From NCBI GenBank assembly GCA_040274725.1, contig JBEMAQ010000012.1:18655-82654 (forward strand): DNA of 64,000 bases, written 5' to 3'. Position 1 is the stretch's first letter, and every line of letters begins with the position of its first letter. Under the pieces are notes generated by a model, which was given only the letters and a program-made list of their open reading frames with translations, had not been told where the DNA came from and ran no database searches. Source of the DNA: Solibacillus sp. (GTDB lineage Bacteria; Bacillota; Bacilli; Bacillales_A; Planococcaceae). Below, piece after piece: positions 1-8,930 of this stretch. The position numbers and the translations under genes are program-made.

Positions 1-671
1 ATGCAGCAGATAAGGTAGCAACAGAAAACGGCACAGTGTCCATCATTTCAGTTGGTTGGGATCCAGGCTTATTCTCGTTAAATCGTTTATTAGGCGAGAC
101 TGTGTTACCAGTAGGGAATACATACACATTCTGGGGCGACGGGCTAAGCCAAGGTCACTCGGATGCAGTGCGTCGCATTGCAGGCGTAAAAAATGCAGTG
201 CAATATACTTTACCGATTGAATCAGCAGTAAATCGCGTACGTGCTGGCGAAAACCCAGAGCTTACGACGCGCGAAAAGCATGCACGTGAATGCTTCGTTG
301 TGCTAGCAGAGGGCGCAGATGCTGCGGCAATCGAAACCGAAATTAAAGAAATGCCGAACTACTTCGCAGATTATGATACAACCGTGAACTTCATCTCTGA
401 AGACGAGTTCAAAGCAAACCACACAGGCATGCCACACGGTGGATTTGTTATTCGCTCAGGTGAATCAGGCGCTGGCGACAAGCAAATTTTAGAATTCTCT
501 CTGAAGTTAGAGTCAAACCCGATGTTCACATCAAGTGTACTTGTGGCATATGCACGCGCGGCACACAAGTTAGCTGCAAAAGGCGATAAAGGTGCGAAGA
601 CAGTATTTGATATTCCGTACGGTTTACTGTCACCAAAATCACCAGCTGAGCTACGTAAAGAATTATTATAA
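1..671 (+). CDS. ddh: meso-diaminopimelate D-dehydrogenase, C-terminal ~220 codons (5-prime end lies upstream of window)
   Basis: Frame is open from nt 3 to TAA 669-671. Motifs GWDPGLFS, TFWGDGLSQGHSDAVRRI, KHARECFVV and HTGMPHGGFV match my memory of Corynebacterium/Lysinibacillus Ddh along the whole length. A terminator follows. Confidence 0.9.
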   Translation, partial: AADKVATENGTVSIISVGWDPGLFSLNRLLGETVLPVGNTYTFWGDGLSQGHSDAVRRIAGVKNAVQYTLPIESAVNRVRAGENPELTTREKHARECFVVLAEGADAAAIETEIKEMPNYFADYDTTVNFISEDEFKANHTGMPHGGFVIRSGESGAGDKQILEFSLKLESNPMFTSSVLVAYARAAHKLAAKGDKGAKTVFDIPYGLLSPKSPAELRKELL

Positions 672-678
672 AGAAAGC

Positions 679-717
679 AAGCTACATCTCTCGGATTTTG
701 GAGGATGTAGCTTTTTT
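679..717 (+). terminator. Rho-independent terminator after ddh
   Basis: Stem gctacatc (681-688) pairs with gatgtagc (704-711), followed by T6 (712-717). Confidence 0.8.
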
Positions 718-773
718 GTATGAACTTTTCCTAGAAATAAAGCGTTTATACAGAAATAAGAGGGGGAGTAAAG

Positions 774-1355
774 ATGAAACGATTCTTTTTATTCATAGTT
801 GGCGCAGTGATAGTCACTACTATCTATTGCGCAATAACAATTTGGCAGTATGGTCACACATCTGAACATGTAAAAACCGATGCGGCAATTGTATTAGGCG
901 CAGCTATTTGGGAATCGGAGCCGTCACCTGTATTACGCGAGCGGATTCATCATGCGGTACAGCTTTATACGAATCAAATGGTGGAGAGCATCATTTTTAC
1001 GGGTGGGAAAGGCGACGGGGACATATTAGCGGAATCGGAGGTAGCGAGGGACTACGCAATCAAGCTAGGGGTGCCAGCGGATGCGATTTTCATTGAAACG
1101 TCGTCACGTATTACGGAAGAAAACTTACGCAATGCGAAAATACTTGCCGAAGAGGTAGGCGCGGAGACAGTTACAATTGTCAGTGACCCATTACATATGA
1201 AGCGCGCGATGTTACTAGCGGAGTATGAAGGCTTAACGGCATATTCGTCGCCAACACAAACGACTGCCTACACGACCTATAAGACAAAAATTCCTTTTCT
1301 AATGCGGGAGGTGTTTTATTATATTGGCACAATTTGTACCGCATTTTTTCGCTAA
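774..1355 (+). CDS. DUF218 (YdcF/SanA-type) domain protein with N-terminal TM helix
   Basis: 193-aa ORF with RBS gagggggag upstream. Core reads AIVLGAAIW..PSPVLRERI..IIFTGGKG....SEVARDY....IVSDPLHMKRA, typical of DUF218. Confidence 0.75.
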   Translation: MKRFFLFIVGAVIVTTIYCAITIWQYGHTSEHVKTDAAIVLGAAIWESEPSPVLRERIHHAVQLYTNQMVESIIFTGGKGDGDILAESEVARDYAIKLGVPADAIFIETSSRITEENLRNAKILAEEVGAETVTIVSDPLHMKRAMLLAEYEGLTAYSSPTQTTAYTTYKTKIPFLMREVFYYIGTICTAFFR

Positions 1356-1362
1356 CGAATAG

Positions 1363-1397
1363 AAAACTAGCTACGACATTACCGGTAGCTAGTTTTT
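1363..1397. terminator. bidirectional terminator between convergent genes
   Basis: aactagctac (1365-1374) pairs with gtagctagtt (1385-1394). An A-run lies before it and a T-run after it. Confidence 0.75.
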
Positions 1398-1425
1398 ATT
1401 GCTGTAAAGGAAAAAGGTAATGTGA

Positions 1426-2388
1426 TTATTTAACAGCTACTGCTTGCACAATTTTATTTTCCTGTACACCGAGATCCATCATACCGTCTACACTTTTAAT
1501 TTCAAGACGCATCACATCCCCGGCTTGTAAATAACCATTGTCCTTTTGCGTTTCATAGAAATAAGAAACCTTCTCCTCAAATGGAATCGAATTATCATAA
1601 ATTGTATTAATAATATCCGCATTTAAGCGTAAGCCAACCCCACTTGGCGTACCAGTTAAAATAAGATCGCCTGTATACAGGTTGAAAATGCTAGACATTT
1701 CCGTCAATGTTTCGGTCGGCTTAAATAACAGTTGGTCTGTCAGTACGCGCTGTCTCGTCTCGCCATTCACAAGTAAATGCAAATCAAGCTTATCTAAATA
1801 GTCGATTTCATTCCCTTCTAATAAGTAAATAAATGGACCGACTGGGCAAAAGCCGCGATAGCTTTTTCCTTTAAACCATTGCTGCTCACAAATTTGAACA
1901 TCACGCGCAGAAACATCATTTGTAATGACAAAGCCTGCTACGTAATCTGCTAAATTACGATTCGTCACGCTCGTCGCCTCGGTAATATCCTGTTTCATAA
2001 TTAACCCAAGCTCAATTTCGTAGTCAAGGAGACGCACATTTGGTGGGCAAACAATGTCAGCTGTTGCCGATGTTAATGTGCTCGCCGCTTTTGTGAATAG
2101 TAGATTGTACGGCGGCTTTTGCTGCGTAAAGCCTGCCTCTACGCGGTGTAGACCGTAGTTTGTCCCTTGGCAATAAATGCGTTCCTGCTCTGTTACAGGT
2201 GACAGTAGCTCAATGTCCTGCTGCGCGATAATTGCCCCTTGCTGTTTAGCGTTTGAAATCGCTTGTTGTCCGCTCGTTAAAAGATCGCGTAATGAAGTGT
2301 ATGTCCCTTCAACTACGCGAAGTTCGTCTTCTAATACACCCCATGAAATGGCGTTTTGATGTTTAAAACGTACTAGCTTTGTTCCCAT
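1426..2388 (-). CDS. fumarylacetoacetate hydrolase (FAH) family protein
   Basis: 320-aa ORF with RBS agaggaggaaac. Motifs LDYEIELGLIM, NDVSARD, WFKGKS and GDLILTGTPSGVG are FAH-fold hallmarks. Confidence 0.85.
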   Translation of the reverse strand: MGTKLVRFKHQNAISWGVLEDELRVVEGTYTSLRDLLTSGQQAISNAKQQGAIIAQQDIELLSPVTEQERIYCQGTNYGLHRVEAGFTQQKPPYNLLFTKAASTLTSATADIVCPPNVRLLDYEIELGLIMKQDITEATSVTNRNLADYVAGFVITNDVSARDVQICEQQWFKGKSYRGFCPVGPFIYLLEGNEIDYLDKLDLHLLVNGETRQRVLTDQLLFKPTETLTEMSSIFNLYTGDLILTGTPSGVGLRLNADIINTIYDNSIPFEEKVSYFYETQKDNGYLQAGDVMRLEIKSVDGMMDLGVQENKIVQAVAVK

Positions 2389-2553
2389 TGATTGTTTCCT
2401 CCTCTGTGTAAATTAGTTTAAGTATAATGGATAACTTAGTAAAATAATTAACTGATTTGTAATGGAAATGAATGTATTTTTCATTAAAGATTATTGAATG
2501 GCGATGAAAAGCGTATACCGGGCGCATCCTAGCGATAAGATGCGCCCGCAAAT

Positions 2554-2694
2554 TTAAGCAATTTTAGGTGATTCCTCGTGGTCTGTATAAGGTTTTTGAT
2601 AGGAGCGTGTAAAAATAAAAGTCGCAATTATGAATAAGTAAATAGTCGGTAAAATCAGTGAAGAAAAAGATTGTAAAGCTACTTCAATGTTCAT
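2554..2694 (-). CDS. 46-aa hydrophobic small protein (hypothetical)
   Basis: ATG 2694 is preceded by gcgagg plus 6 nt. Product is MNIEVALQSFSSLILPTIYLFIIATFIFTRSYQKPYTDHEESPKIA with one TM helix. A GC-rich hairpin (2519-2548) sits right after the stop. The ORF is too short for the supplied track. Confidence 0.35.
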   Translation of the reverse strand: MNIEVALQSFSSLILPTIYLFIIATFIFTRSYQKPYTDHEESPKIA

Positions 2695-3117
2695 AAAATA
2701 CCTCGCTTAATTAGCTTGAAAGTAATTTAGCTATTCACTACGATGCATGTTCCATGTGCTGCTTAGCTGGCTGATAGGATTTGAAAATCGTCAAATCCTA
2801 AAAAAATAAATGCCGACAATAGGCGGTGTTTCGATTCGAATAACTAAATCAATTCTCATAGGTCACCTTAAATAAAAATAAGAATAAAGTAGTTTTATTA
2901 TATAATTGGAATTTTTATAACACAATAGTTAAATACTAGAAAATAGTATAAAGTTGTCTGTAACATCCCATGTGATGAAGACAGACATCGCAAAGCTAGT
3001 AGAGCATTTTTTTCCACTTTTTAAAACGATACCGCTAGATCTGAAATAATACTTTTCATACAGCGCCACACCACGTATGATAGATAGGGTCTAATTTGTT
3101 GGAAAGGATTTGATATT

Positions 3118-3378
3118 GTGCAAGATAAACGCTTTCAAATTGCACACCGCGAAGCTTTAATTGGTGTCGCACTCGTCATCATTAACTTTGCGATTTGGTA
3201 CGGATTTGCTTACGGGCTTGGCTCAGGTGATCCGAATGAATATACGTATGTCTTTGGCTTCCCTGCATGGTTTTTCTATAGCTGTATTGCTGGCACAATC
3301 TTTATGATTGTCCTGCTAGCGCTTGTGATGAAGCTCTTTTTCAAAGATGTTTCGTTTGATGAGGAGGAAGAGAAATGA
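3118..3378 (+). CDS. DUF997/YhdT-like small membrane protein (PanF partner)
   Basis: 86-aa protein with two TM helices. Its stop overlaps the start of the downstream SSS symporter, the same arrangement as yhdT-panF in E. coli. Confidence 0.7.
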   Translation: MQDKRFQIAHREALIGVALVIINFAIWYGFAYGLGSGDPNEYTYVFGFPAWFFYSCIAGTIFMIVLLALVMKLFFKDVSFDEEEEK

Positions 3379-4823
3379 TGCACTGGCAAGTGATTGTACC
3401 GCTACTCGTTTTCCTTGTAGCCATCTTCGGGATTGGCATATGGGCAAATAAACAGGTGCGTACAAGTGATTCCTTTTTACAGGAGTATTTTTTAGGCGGT
3501 CGTGAAATGGGCGGCTTCCTGCTCGCGATGACGATGATGGCCACATATGGTAGTGCGTCGAGCTTTATCGGTGGTCCAGGTGTCGCGTACAATAAAGGGC
3601 TTGGCTGGGTGCTGCTTGCGATGGCACAACTGCCAGCAGGTTATTTTGTGCTGATGGTGCTTGGGAAGAAGTTCGCGATTGTCGCGCGCCGTATTCAGGC
3701 AATTACATTAATCGACTTTTTAAAGAAGCGCTATGACAGTAATACCGTGATTATTTTATCCGCGATTAGTATTATCGTGTTTTTATTCGCCTCGATGACC
3801 GCACAATGGGTCGGCGGTGCGCGTTTAATTGAGTCGCTTACGGGACTTACTTACACGACATCACTACTTATTTTCGCAGCGACGGTTCTTATATACGTTG
3901 TCATCGGTGGTTTCCGCGCGGTCGCACTAACAGACGCACTACAAGGCACGGTCATGATCATCGGTACGATTATTTTACTCATCGGGACAATCATTGCAGG
4001 AGGCGGCGTCGACAATATTATGCAGTCACTTGTCGCGGAAAATCCGCAGTTTGTGTCGCCATTTGGTGCAGACGGCTCGCTGACACCGCTGTATGTATCG
4101 ACGTTTTGGATTTTAATCGGGCTAGGCGTGATTGGTCTACCGCAAATCGCGGTGCGTGCGATGAGCTATAAAGATTCTAAAAGCTTACACCGCGCGATCT
4201 TGATCGGCACAATCGGTATTGGGACGATTATGTTCGGTATGCACCTAATTGGTGTATTCGCACGACCTGTACTTCCAGGTGTGGAGGTGGCTGATACGGT
4301 CATGCCACTACTCACAATGCAGGTGTTGCCACCAGTACTTGCGGGTGTCGTACTTGCCGCTCCAATGGCGGCGATTATGTCAACTGTAAACGCACTCCTA
4401 ATCTTAGTCAGCTCAACCGTTGTCAAAGATATTTACTTAAATTTTGTGAACCCAAAGGCGAGCGAGAAGCAAATTAAAACGCGCAGCTTCTGGGTGACAA
4501 CGATTATTGGCTTGTCGGTTGTCATATTCGCACTAAACCCGCCAGAGTTTTTAATTTGGCTCAACTTATTTGCATTTGGCGGCTTAGAATCGGCGTTTTT
4601 ATGGAGCGTTGTATTCGGTCTGTACTGGAAAAATGCCAACAAATACGGTGCGATTGCGTCCATGGTTGTCGGGCTGACGCTCTACATCTCCATTGACCGT
4701 CTATCGCCGCACCTATTCGGTATGCACACGGTGACGATTCCAATTCTCACATCATTTGTTGTGTTTATCGTCGCAAGCTTAATCGCAAAAAAGGTGAAAA
4801 ATATTCCAGAATATCATTTTTAA
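3375..4823 (+). CDS. panF: sodium/pantothenate symporter (SSS family)
   Basis: 482-aa polytopic ORF with SSS-family appearance. It is translationally coupled to a YhdT-like gene. The PanF assignment rests mainly on that pairing. Confidence 0.7.
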   Translation: MMHWQVIVPLLVFLVAIFGIGIWANKQVRTSDSFLQEYFLGGREMGGFLLAMTMMATYGSASSFIGGPGVAYNKGLGWVLLAMAQLPAGYFVLMVLGKKFAIVARRIQAITLIDFLKKRYDSNTVIILSAISIIVFLFASMTAQWVGGARLIESLTGLTYTTSLLIFAATVLIYVVIGGFRAVALTDALQGTVMIIGTIILLIGTIIAGGGVDNIMQSLVAENPQFVSPFGADGSLTPLYVSTFWILIGLGVIGLPQIAVRAMSYKDSKSLHRAILIGTIGIGTIMFGMHLIGVFARPVLPGVEVADTVMPLLTMQVLPPVLAGVVLAAPMAAIMSTVNALLILVSSTVVKDIYLNFVNPKASEKQIKTRSFWVTTIIGLSVVIFALNPPEFLIWLNLFAFGGLESAFLWSVVFGLYWKNANKYGAIASMVVGLTLYISIDRLSPHLFGMHTVTIPILTSFVVFIVASLIAKKVKNIPEYHF

Positions 4824-4827
4824 ACGA

Positions 4828-4866
4828 AAAAAACGTAGTCACGAATATACAGTGACTACGTTTTTT
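4828..4866 (+). terminator. Rho-independent terminator after panF
   Basis: cgtagtcac (4834-4842) pairs with gtgactacg (4852-4860), followed by T6. Confidence 0.85.
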
Positions 4867-4920
4867 GTTATGTATTTAAGATGAGCAAATACTCTTGAAA
4901 TAATAGGTCACCTTTTAAAT

Positions 4921-4957
4921 CCCTGAGGAAAGCGCCCGACCGAAACGGAAATCAGCT
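4921..4957. repeat. fragment of GC-rich dispersed intergenic repeat
   Basis: ccctgaggaaagcgcccgaccgaaacggaaatcagc is a GC-rich patch in AT-rich spacer. It is of the same class as the elements at 31433-31543, 35537-35660 and 15738-15755. Confidence 0.3.
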
Positions 4958-5044
4958 CTTATTATATAGTTATCTATTATTTTAAGCGGGATTTGCACGT
5001 GATCCGCTTTGTATTAAAAAATACTATTAGAAAAGCGTTTGTCA

Positions 5045-5073
5045 TTGACGCATAAAGGTTATTCTTGTATAGT
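5045..5073 (+). promoter_or_regulatory. sigma-A type promoter for the rib-like operon
   Basis: TTGACG (5045-5050), 17-nt spacer, TATAGT (5068-5073), about 45 nt upstream of the first ATG. Confidence 0.55.
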
Positions 5074-5116
5074 TAGTTACATAAAGTAACTTAAATAGAG
5101 AATGGGTGTAATATAG

Positions 5117-5833
5117 ATGAGAGATATTATGACAATTTTACGCGATAAATTAACGCTTGTCGCGCATAACGACTTTTCGAAGATCGCAATAGTGGGACCG
5201 GTGAAGATGCCGATTAAGCAGTCGGGCTTTGAAGCGACATTTCAATGGTATAGCTGGCATATTGTAGACAAGGACCAAACGAAGGCACAAGTTGTTGCTT
5301 CACTCAATCAATCGAATTTAGCATTTGGTCAGCAATCCTCAGTCCTCGTATATGGTGACTTTGAGCATGCAGAGGATGCCCTTATTCGCATGCATAGTAT
5401 TTGCCATACGGGCGATATTTTCGGCTCGCAGCGCTGTGATTGTGGCTACCAATTACATGAATCGATGAAAATGATTGCGGAGCACGGCTGTGGCGCGATT
5501 TTTTATTTAGCAAATCACGAAGGGCGCGGCATTGGACTATTTTCAAAATCAATGGCCTATTTACTTCAAGAGGAAGGCTTTGATACAGTAGAAGCAAACC
5601 ACGCGCTCGGCTTTGAGGATGATACACGTTCGTACGAGGAAGCGATAACTGTACTTGCGGCACTGCGAACAAAACGGGTGACGCTCATTACAAACAACCC
5701 GAAAAAGCTCGCGGCACTGCAAAGTCACGGCTTACTGGCAGATGGTCATGTGCCAATTTGGGGCGGGGTAACGGACACGAATCGCTTTTATTTACAAACA
5801 AAGATTGAAAAATCAGGTCATATTCGCGCGTAG
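5117..5833 (+). CDS. ribA: GTP cyclohydrolase II (stand-alone, not fused to RibB)
   Basis: RMHSICHTGDIFGSQRCDCG (three Zn cysteines), HEGRGIGL, DTVEANHALGF and LITNNPKK align with E. coli RibA. ATG 5129 is an alternative start. Confidence 0.85.
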   Translation: MRDIMTILRDKLTLVAHNDFSKIAIVGPVKMPIKQSGFEATFQWYSWHIVDKDQTKAQVVASLNQSNLAFGQQSSVLVYGDFEHAEDALIRMHSICHTGDIFGSQRCDCGYQLHESMKMIAEHGCGAIFYLANHEGRGIGLFSKSMAYLLQEEGFDTVEANHALGFEDDTRSYEEAITVLAALRTKRVTLITNNPKKLAALQSHGLLADGHVPIWGGVTDTNRFYLQTKIEKSGHIRA

Positions 5834-5848
5834 CTAGGGGGAGAACAT

Positions 5849-6964
5849 ATGCAGACAGATAAAGAATACATGCAGCTAGCATTAAATTTAGCAAGCAGTG
5901 CAAAAGGAAACACAAATCCGAATCCACTTGTAGGTGCCGTACTCGTCAAAAACGGTGTCATTGTTGGTACAGGGCTTCACCGTAAAGCAGGTGAGCCACA
6001 TGCGGAGGTGCATGCGTTTAACATGGCAGGGGAGCATGCAAAGGGTGCGACACTTTATGTGACACTCGAGCCGTGCTCACACTTTGGCAAAACACCGCCT
6101 TGTGCGAATTTAGTAAAGGATTCTGGTGTCGCGCGTGTTGTAGTGGCGATGGAGGACCCAAATCCGAATGTTGCAGGCCGCGGGATTAAGCTACTGCGTG
6201 ATGCAGGAATTGAGGTAGAAGTGGGCGTAATGCGTGAAGAGGCGTATCGTGTGAATGAGCGCTTTATTCATAATATGCTAACGAACCGTCCGTTTATCGT
6301 TTCGAAATTTGCGATGACGCTAGATGGAAAAATTGCCACAGCGAGCGGTCACTCACAGTGGGTGACAGGTGAGGTAGCACGCGCAGATGTACATGAGCTA
6401 CGTCATGATATGGACGGTATTTTAGTTGGTGTTGGTACGGTGTTAAAGGATAATCCGATGCTGACAACGCGCCTCGCGGATGGGCGCATCGGCAAACATC
6501 CGACACGCATTGTTTTAGACTCGAAATTGCAAACACCGCTCTTTAGTCACGTCGCGAATACAGAAATCGCACCGACAATTATCGTCACGTCGATGGAGGC
6601 ACAGGAACGCAAGGCACAGGCACTAGAAGCTCAAGGCGTAAAGATTATTCGCGTCGCGCGTCTTGAAACAGGTCTTGAGCTTGAAGCGGTACTACGCATC
6701 CTTTACGCAGAAGGCATTACGGATCTGTTAGTAGAGGGCGGCGGTGAGGTCAATGCGTCGTTTTTACGCGCGGGGCTCATTGATAAATACTTCATTTATA
6801 TCGCGCCGAAAATTTTAGGTGGTGCGCATTCGATTACGCCATTTGGTGGCTCGGATGTTGAAATGATGGACGCGGCACTTGCAGTTGATTTTGCAGGAGT
6901 AGATTCATTCGGTGATGATTTACGCATTACAGCTTATCCGAAAAAAGGTGAGGTTCGTGCATAA
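5849..6964 (+). CDS. ribD: bifunctional riboflavin-pathway deaminase/reductase RibD
   Basis: Deaminase motifs HAEVHAF and LEPCSHFGKTPPC, followed by a reductase domain (KFAMTLDGKIA, GGGEVNASF). 371 aa. Confidence 0.9.
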   Translation: MQTDKEYMQLALNLASSAKGNTNPNPLVGAVLVKNGVIVGTGLHRKAGEPHAEVHAFNMAGEHAKGATLYVTLEPCSHFGKTPPCANLVKDSGVARVVVAMEDPNPNVAGRGIKLLRDAGIEVEVGVMREEAYRVNERFIHNMLTNRPFIVSKFAMTLDGKIATASGHSQWVTGEVARADVHELRHDMDGILVGVGTVLKDNPMLTTRLADGRIGKHPTRIVLDSKLQTPLFSHVANTEIAPTIIVTSMEAQERKAQALEAQGVKIIRVARLETGLELEAVLRILYAEGITDLLVEGGGEVNASFLRAGLIDKYFIYIAPKILGGAHSITPFGGSDVEMMDAALAVDFAGVDSFGDDLRITAYPKKGEVRA

Positions 6965-8039
6965 AAAAGTAGATATTTGCGTTGTTGGTGCAGGTCCGGC
7001 GGGCGCACTATTAAGTTTATTACTCGTGAAAAAGGGCCTGTCTGTTGTGTTGGTTGAGCGCACAAATACACTCGCAAAAGCATTTCGCGGCGAGCATTTG
7101 AACGAGGTGGGTGAACGTATTTTAAAACACCACGACTTATTTGAACGTGTCGAGGAGTTTGGTTTACTACGCATGGAGACGCTTGAATACTGCGAGCGCG
7201 GTAAGGTGATAAAGACGATTACGCCAGATAAGCAGATTGGTCATTTAGGCATTCATGTCCCGCAAGCACATCTGTTGCAGGCAATCTTTGAACAAGCAGA
7301 GATGCACGAGAAATTTGATTGTTTACTAAATACGACGGTCAAAGATTTAGTCGCAGATGAACGCGGACATTTTACAGCGGTCAAGGCGGTGCAAAACGGT
7401 GTGGACGTGCATGTTGAGGCGAATATGATTATTGGTGCAGACGGCCGCTATTCAACGGTGCGTAAAAAAGCAGCCATTGATACGACGGTACATAGCCATG
7501 GTTATGATGTATTGTGGGCAAAAATACAAGCACCAAGCGCGTGGAAGCCGTCGATTAAAATGACGCTCATTGACGGGATGCAAATTTCGCTTTTCACACA
7601 GGCACTCGGCTTTATTCAAATTGGCTGGAATATTGAAAAAGGTAGCTTCCCAGCACTTCGCAAGCAGCCGTTTGAGCCGTTTATTGCCAAGTTTATTACC
7701 GCCTTCCCAGAGCTTGAAGGAAGCGTACGCGCATCGATTCGCTCATGGCAAGACTTTATGCCGCTCGACGTCTTTAGTTCAACAAGCGAGCAGTGGGCGA
7801 AAAATGGTGTCGTGCTCATTGGCGACGCGGTGCACACGATGACGCCGACCGGGGCATTTGGCCTCAATGCCGCGTTAGAGGATGCGGACATTTTAGCGAG
7901 TTTGCTAGATTTTGAGAAGATTGGGCATATTAATTTTAATATTTGTGCAACAACAAGAAAAAAAGAGATGGCAAAATTGCAAGCAGTGCAGCGCGAAAAA
8001 GAGCAAAGCTTTGCGGATCATTTTGTCGTTTATCAGTAG
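6957..8039 (+). CDS. FAD-dependent monooxygenase (group A, UbiH-like)
   Basis: I prefer GTG 6957 (RBS aaaggtgagg), which overlaps the ribD stop by 8 nt. GxGxxG motif ICVVGAGPAG, plus GADGRYSTVR and LIGDAVHTMTPTGAFG. The track ORF starts further upstream at 6912. Confidence 0.8.
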   Translation: MHKKVDICVVGAGPAGALLSLLLVKKGLSVVLVERTNTLAKAFRGEHLNEVGERILKHHDLFERVEEFGLLRMETLEYCERGKVIKTITPDKQIGHLGIHVPQAHLLQAIFEQAEMHEKFDCLLNTTVKDLVADERGHFTAVKAVQNGVDVHVEANMIIGADGRYSTVRKKAAIDTTVHSHGYDVLWAKIQAPSAWKPSIKMTLIDGMQISLFTQALGFIQIGWNIEKGSFPALRKQPFEPFIAKFITAFPELEGSVRASIRSWQDFMPLDVFSSTSEQWAKNGVVLIGDAVHTMTPTGAFGLNAALEDADILASLLDFEKIGHINFNICATTRKKEMAKLQAVQREKEQSFADHFVVYQ

Positions 8040-8047
8040 GTGAAAAG

Positions 8048-8608
8048 ATGAAGTTTGGTTTTGATATTGACGACACGCTGATTCATTTACGCGGGTATGC
8101 ATTTGAGCTTTACAACAAAAAATTAGGGCAGTCACACGGAATGGATGTTTTTCATGCGATTCCAACCGTCGAGATTCACGTACCGTTTGGTTTAACAAAC
8201 GAAGAAGGACGTGCGATGTGGAAGCGCTCAATGGAAGAGATTTATTTTACAAACTGCCCGTCTTATCCGGGTGCACGTGACGTACTGCAAGCTCTAGTAG
8301 ACGAGGGACACGAGGTGTATTATATTACGTCTCGCCCGAAAGCACATTGTGCACGCACGCGGGAGTGGATGATTGACAAGGGCTTCCCTGTAACGGACGG
8401 CCACTTTTTCTGTGGGATGCAGGATGATGAGAAAATCGCGACAATTCAAGCACTAGATCTGGATGTGTATGTCGACGATAAGCCGGCTGTACTTAAAACA
8501 TTAGCGGGCCTAAAAATAAAGGTCATTGTGGCTGACCAGTCCTACAATCAGCAAGTTGATTTACCGAGACTGACGGCTTGGTCGCAGTTTCATGAACTCA
8601 TTAAATAA
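8048..8608 (+). CDS. HAD-superfamily phosphatase (5-prime nucleotidase/NT5C-like)
   Basis: ATG 8048 follows aggtga and lies 8 nt after the monooxygenase stop. Motifs FDIDDTL (motif I), ITSR and DVYVDDK. The track ORF start at 7943 lies inside the previous gene. Confidence 0.7.
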   Translation: MKFGFDIDDTLIHLRGYAFELYNKKLGQSHGMDVFHAIPTVEIHVPFGLTNEEGRAMWKRSMEEIYFTNCPSYPGARDVLQALVDEGHEVYYITSRPKAHCARTREWMIDKGFPVTDGHFFCGMQDDEKIATIQALDLDVYVDDKPAVLKTLAGLKIKVIVADQSYNQQVDLPRLTAWSQFHELIK

Positions 8609-8611
8609 CAC

Positions 8612-8645
8612 AAAAAGGAATGCAGGCTTACTGCATTCCTTTTTG
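8612..8645. terminator. bidirectional terminator closing the rib-like operon
   Basis: aaaggaatgcag (8614-8625) pairs with ctgcattccttt (8631-8642), followed by a T-run. It overlaps the stop of the convergent BRCT gene. Confidence 0.8.
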
Positions 8646-8930
8646 CATGGAAAGAATCCATAAAAAATCATCTTCCACAAGCAGCTGAATCGCGGCTCCG
8701 TCATGAATCAGCTTTTCTGCGCGCTGCTGCTTTGTACTAATACCGCGGCGCTTATCGCCTAGCACAACAAAATCTGTGTGCTCCGTCACAGCCCCGTGTA
8801 TCACAGCGCCGCAATCAATCGCTAATTTGGCAGCTGCCCTGCGTGTCATTGTAGCAAGTGCACCAGTAAAGACAATCGTCTTATTTAAAAACGGATGCCG
8901 GAAATCCGTCTGCGAGTGGAAATAAATCAT
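8628..8930 (-). CDS. stand-alone BRCT-domain protein (~100 aa)
   Basis: FLNKTIVFTGAL..MTRRAAAKLAIDCGAVIHGAVTEHTDFVVLGD....K..A resembles the C-terminal BRCT of NAD-dependent DNA ligase. ATG 8930 is preferred over the track start at 8951. Confidence 0.6.
   Translation of the reverse strand: MIYFHSQTDFRHPFLNKTIVFTGALATMTRRAAAKLAIDCGAVIHGAVTEHTDFVVLGDKRRGISTKQQRAEKLIHDGAAIQLLVEDDFLWILSMQKGMQ

Noticed and set aside
2791-2859. 22-aa minus-strand ORF (MRIDLVIRIETPPIVGIYFFRI) ending in a hairpin, considered as a leader peptide or attenuator
   Set aside because: The T-run precedes the stem rather than following it on that strand, so it is not a terminator. The RBS spacing is short, and the ORF tail is simply the T-run and stem being translated.
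3316-3592. Two minus-strand ORFs (76 and 83 aa) across the yhdT-like/panF junction
   Set aside because: They are antisense to two translationally coupled membrane-protein genes and have no signals.
4870-5116. Expected FMN riboswitch in front of the ribA/ribD genes
   Set aside because: I could not find the conserved FMN-element core (the ..agg..cggggc.gggtgaaattccc..ccggcgg.. type) by eye. I see only a small hairpin (about 4984-5010) and a promoter. A covariance-model search is needed to be certain.
6912-8047. Upstream-extended starts of the track ORFs 6912 and 7943
   Set aside because: The extensions lie inside the preceding genes. Internal GTG 6957 and ATG 8048 have proper RBSs and give canonical N-termini (a GxGxxG motif close to the start, and the DxDDT motif I).
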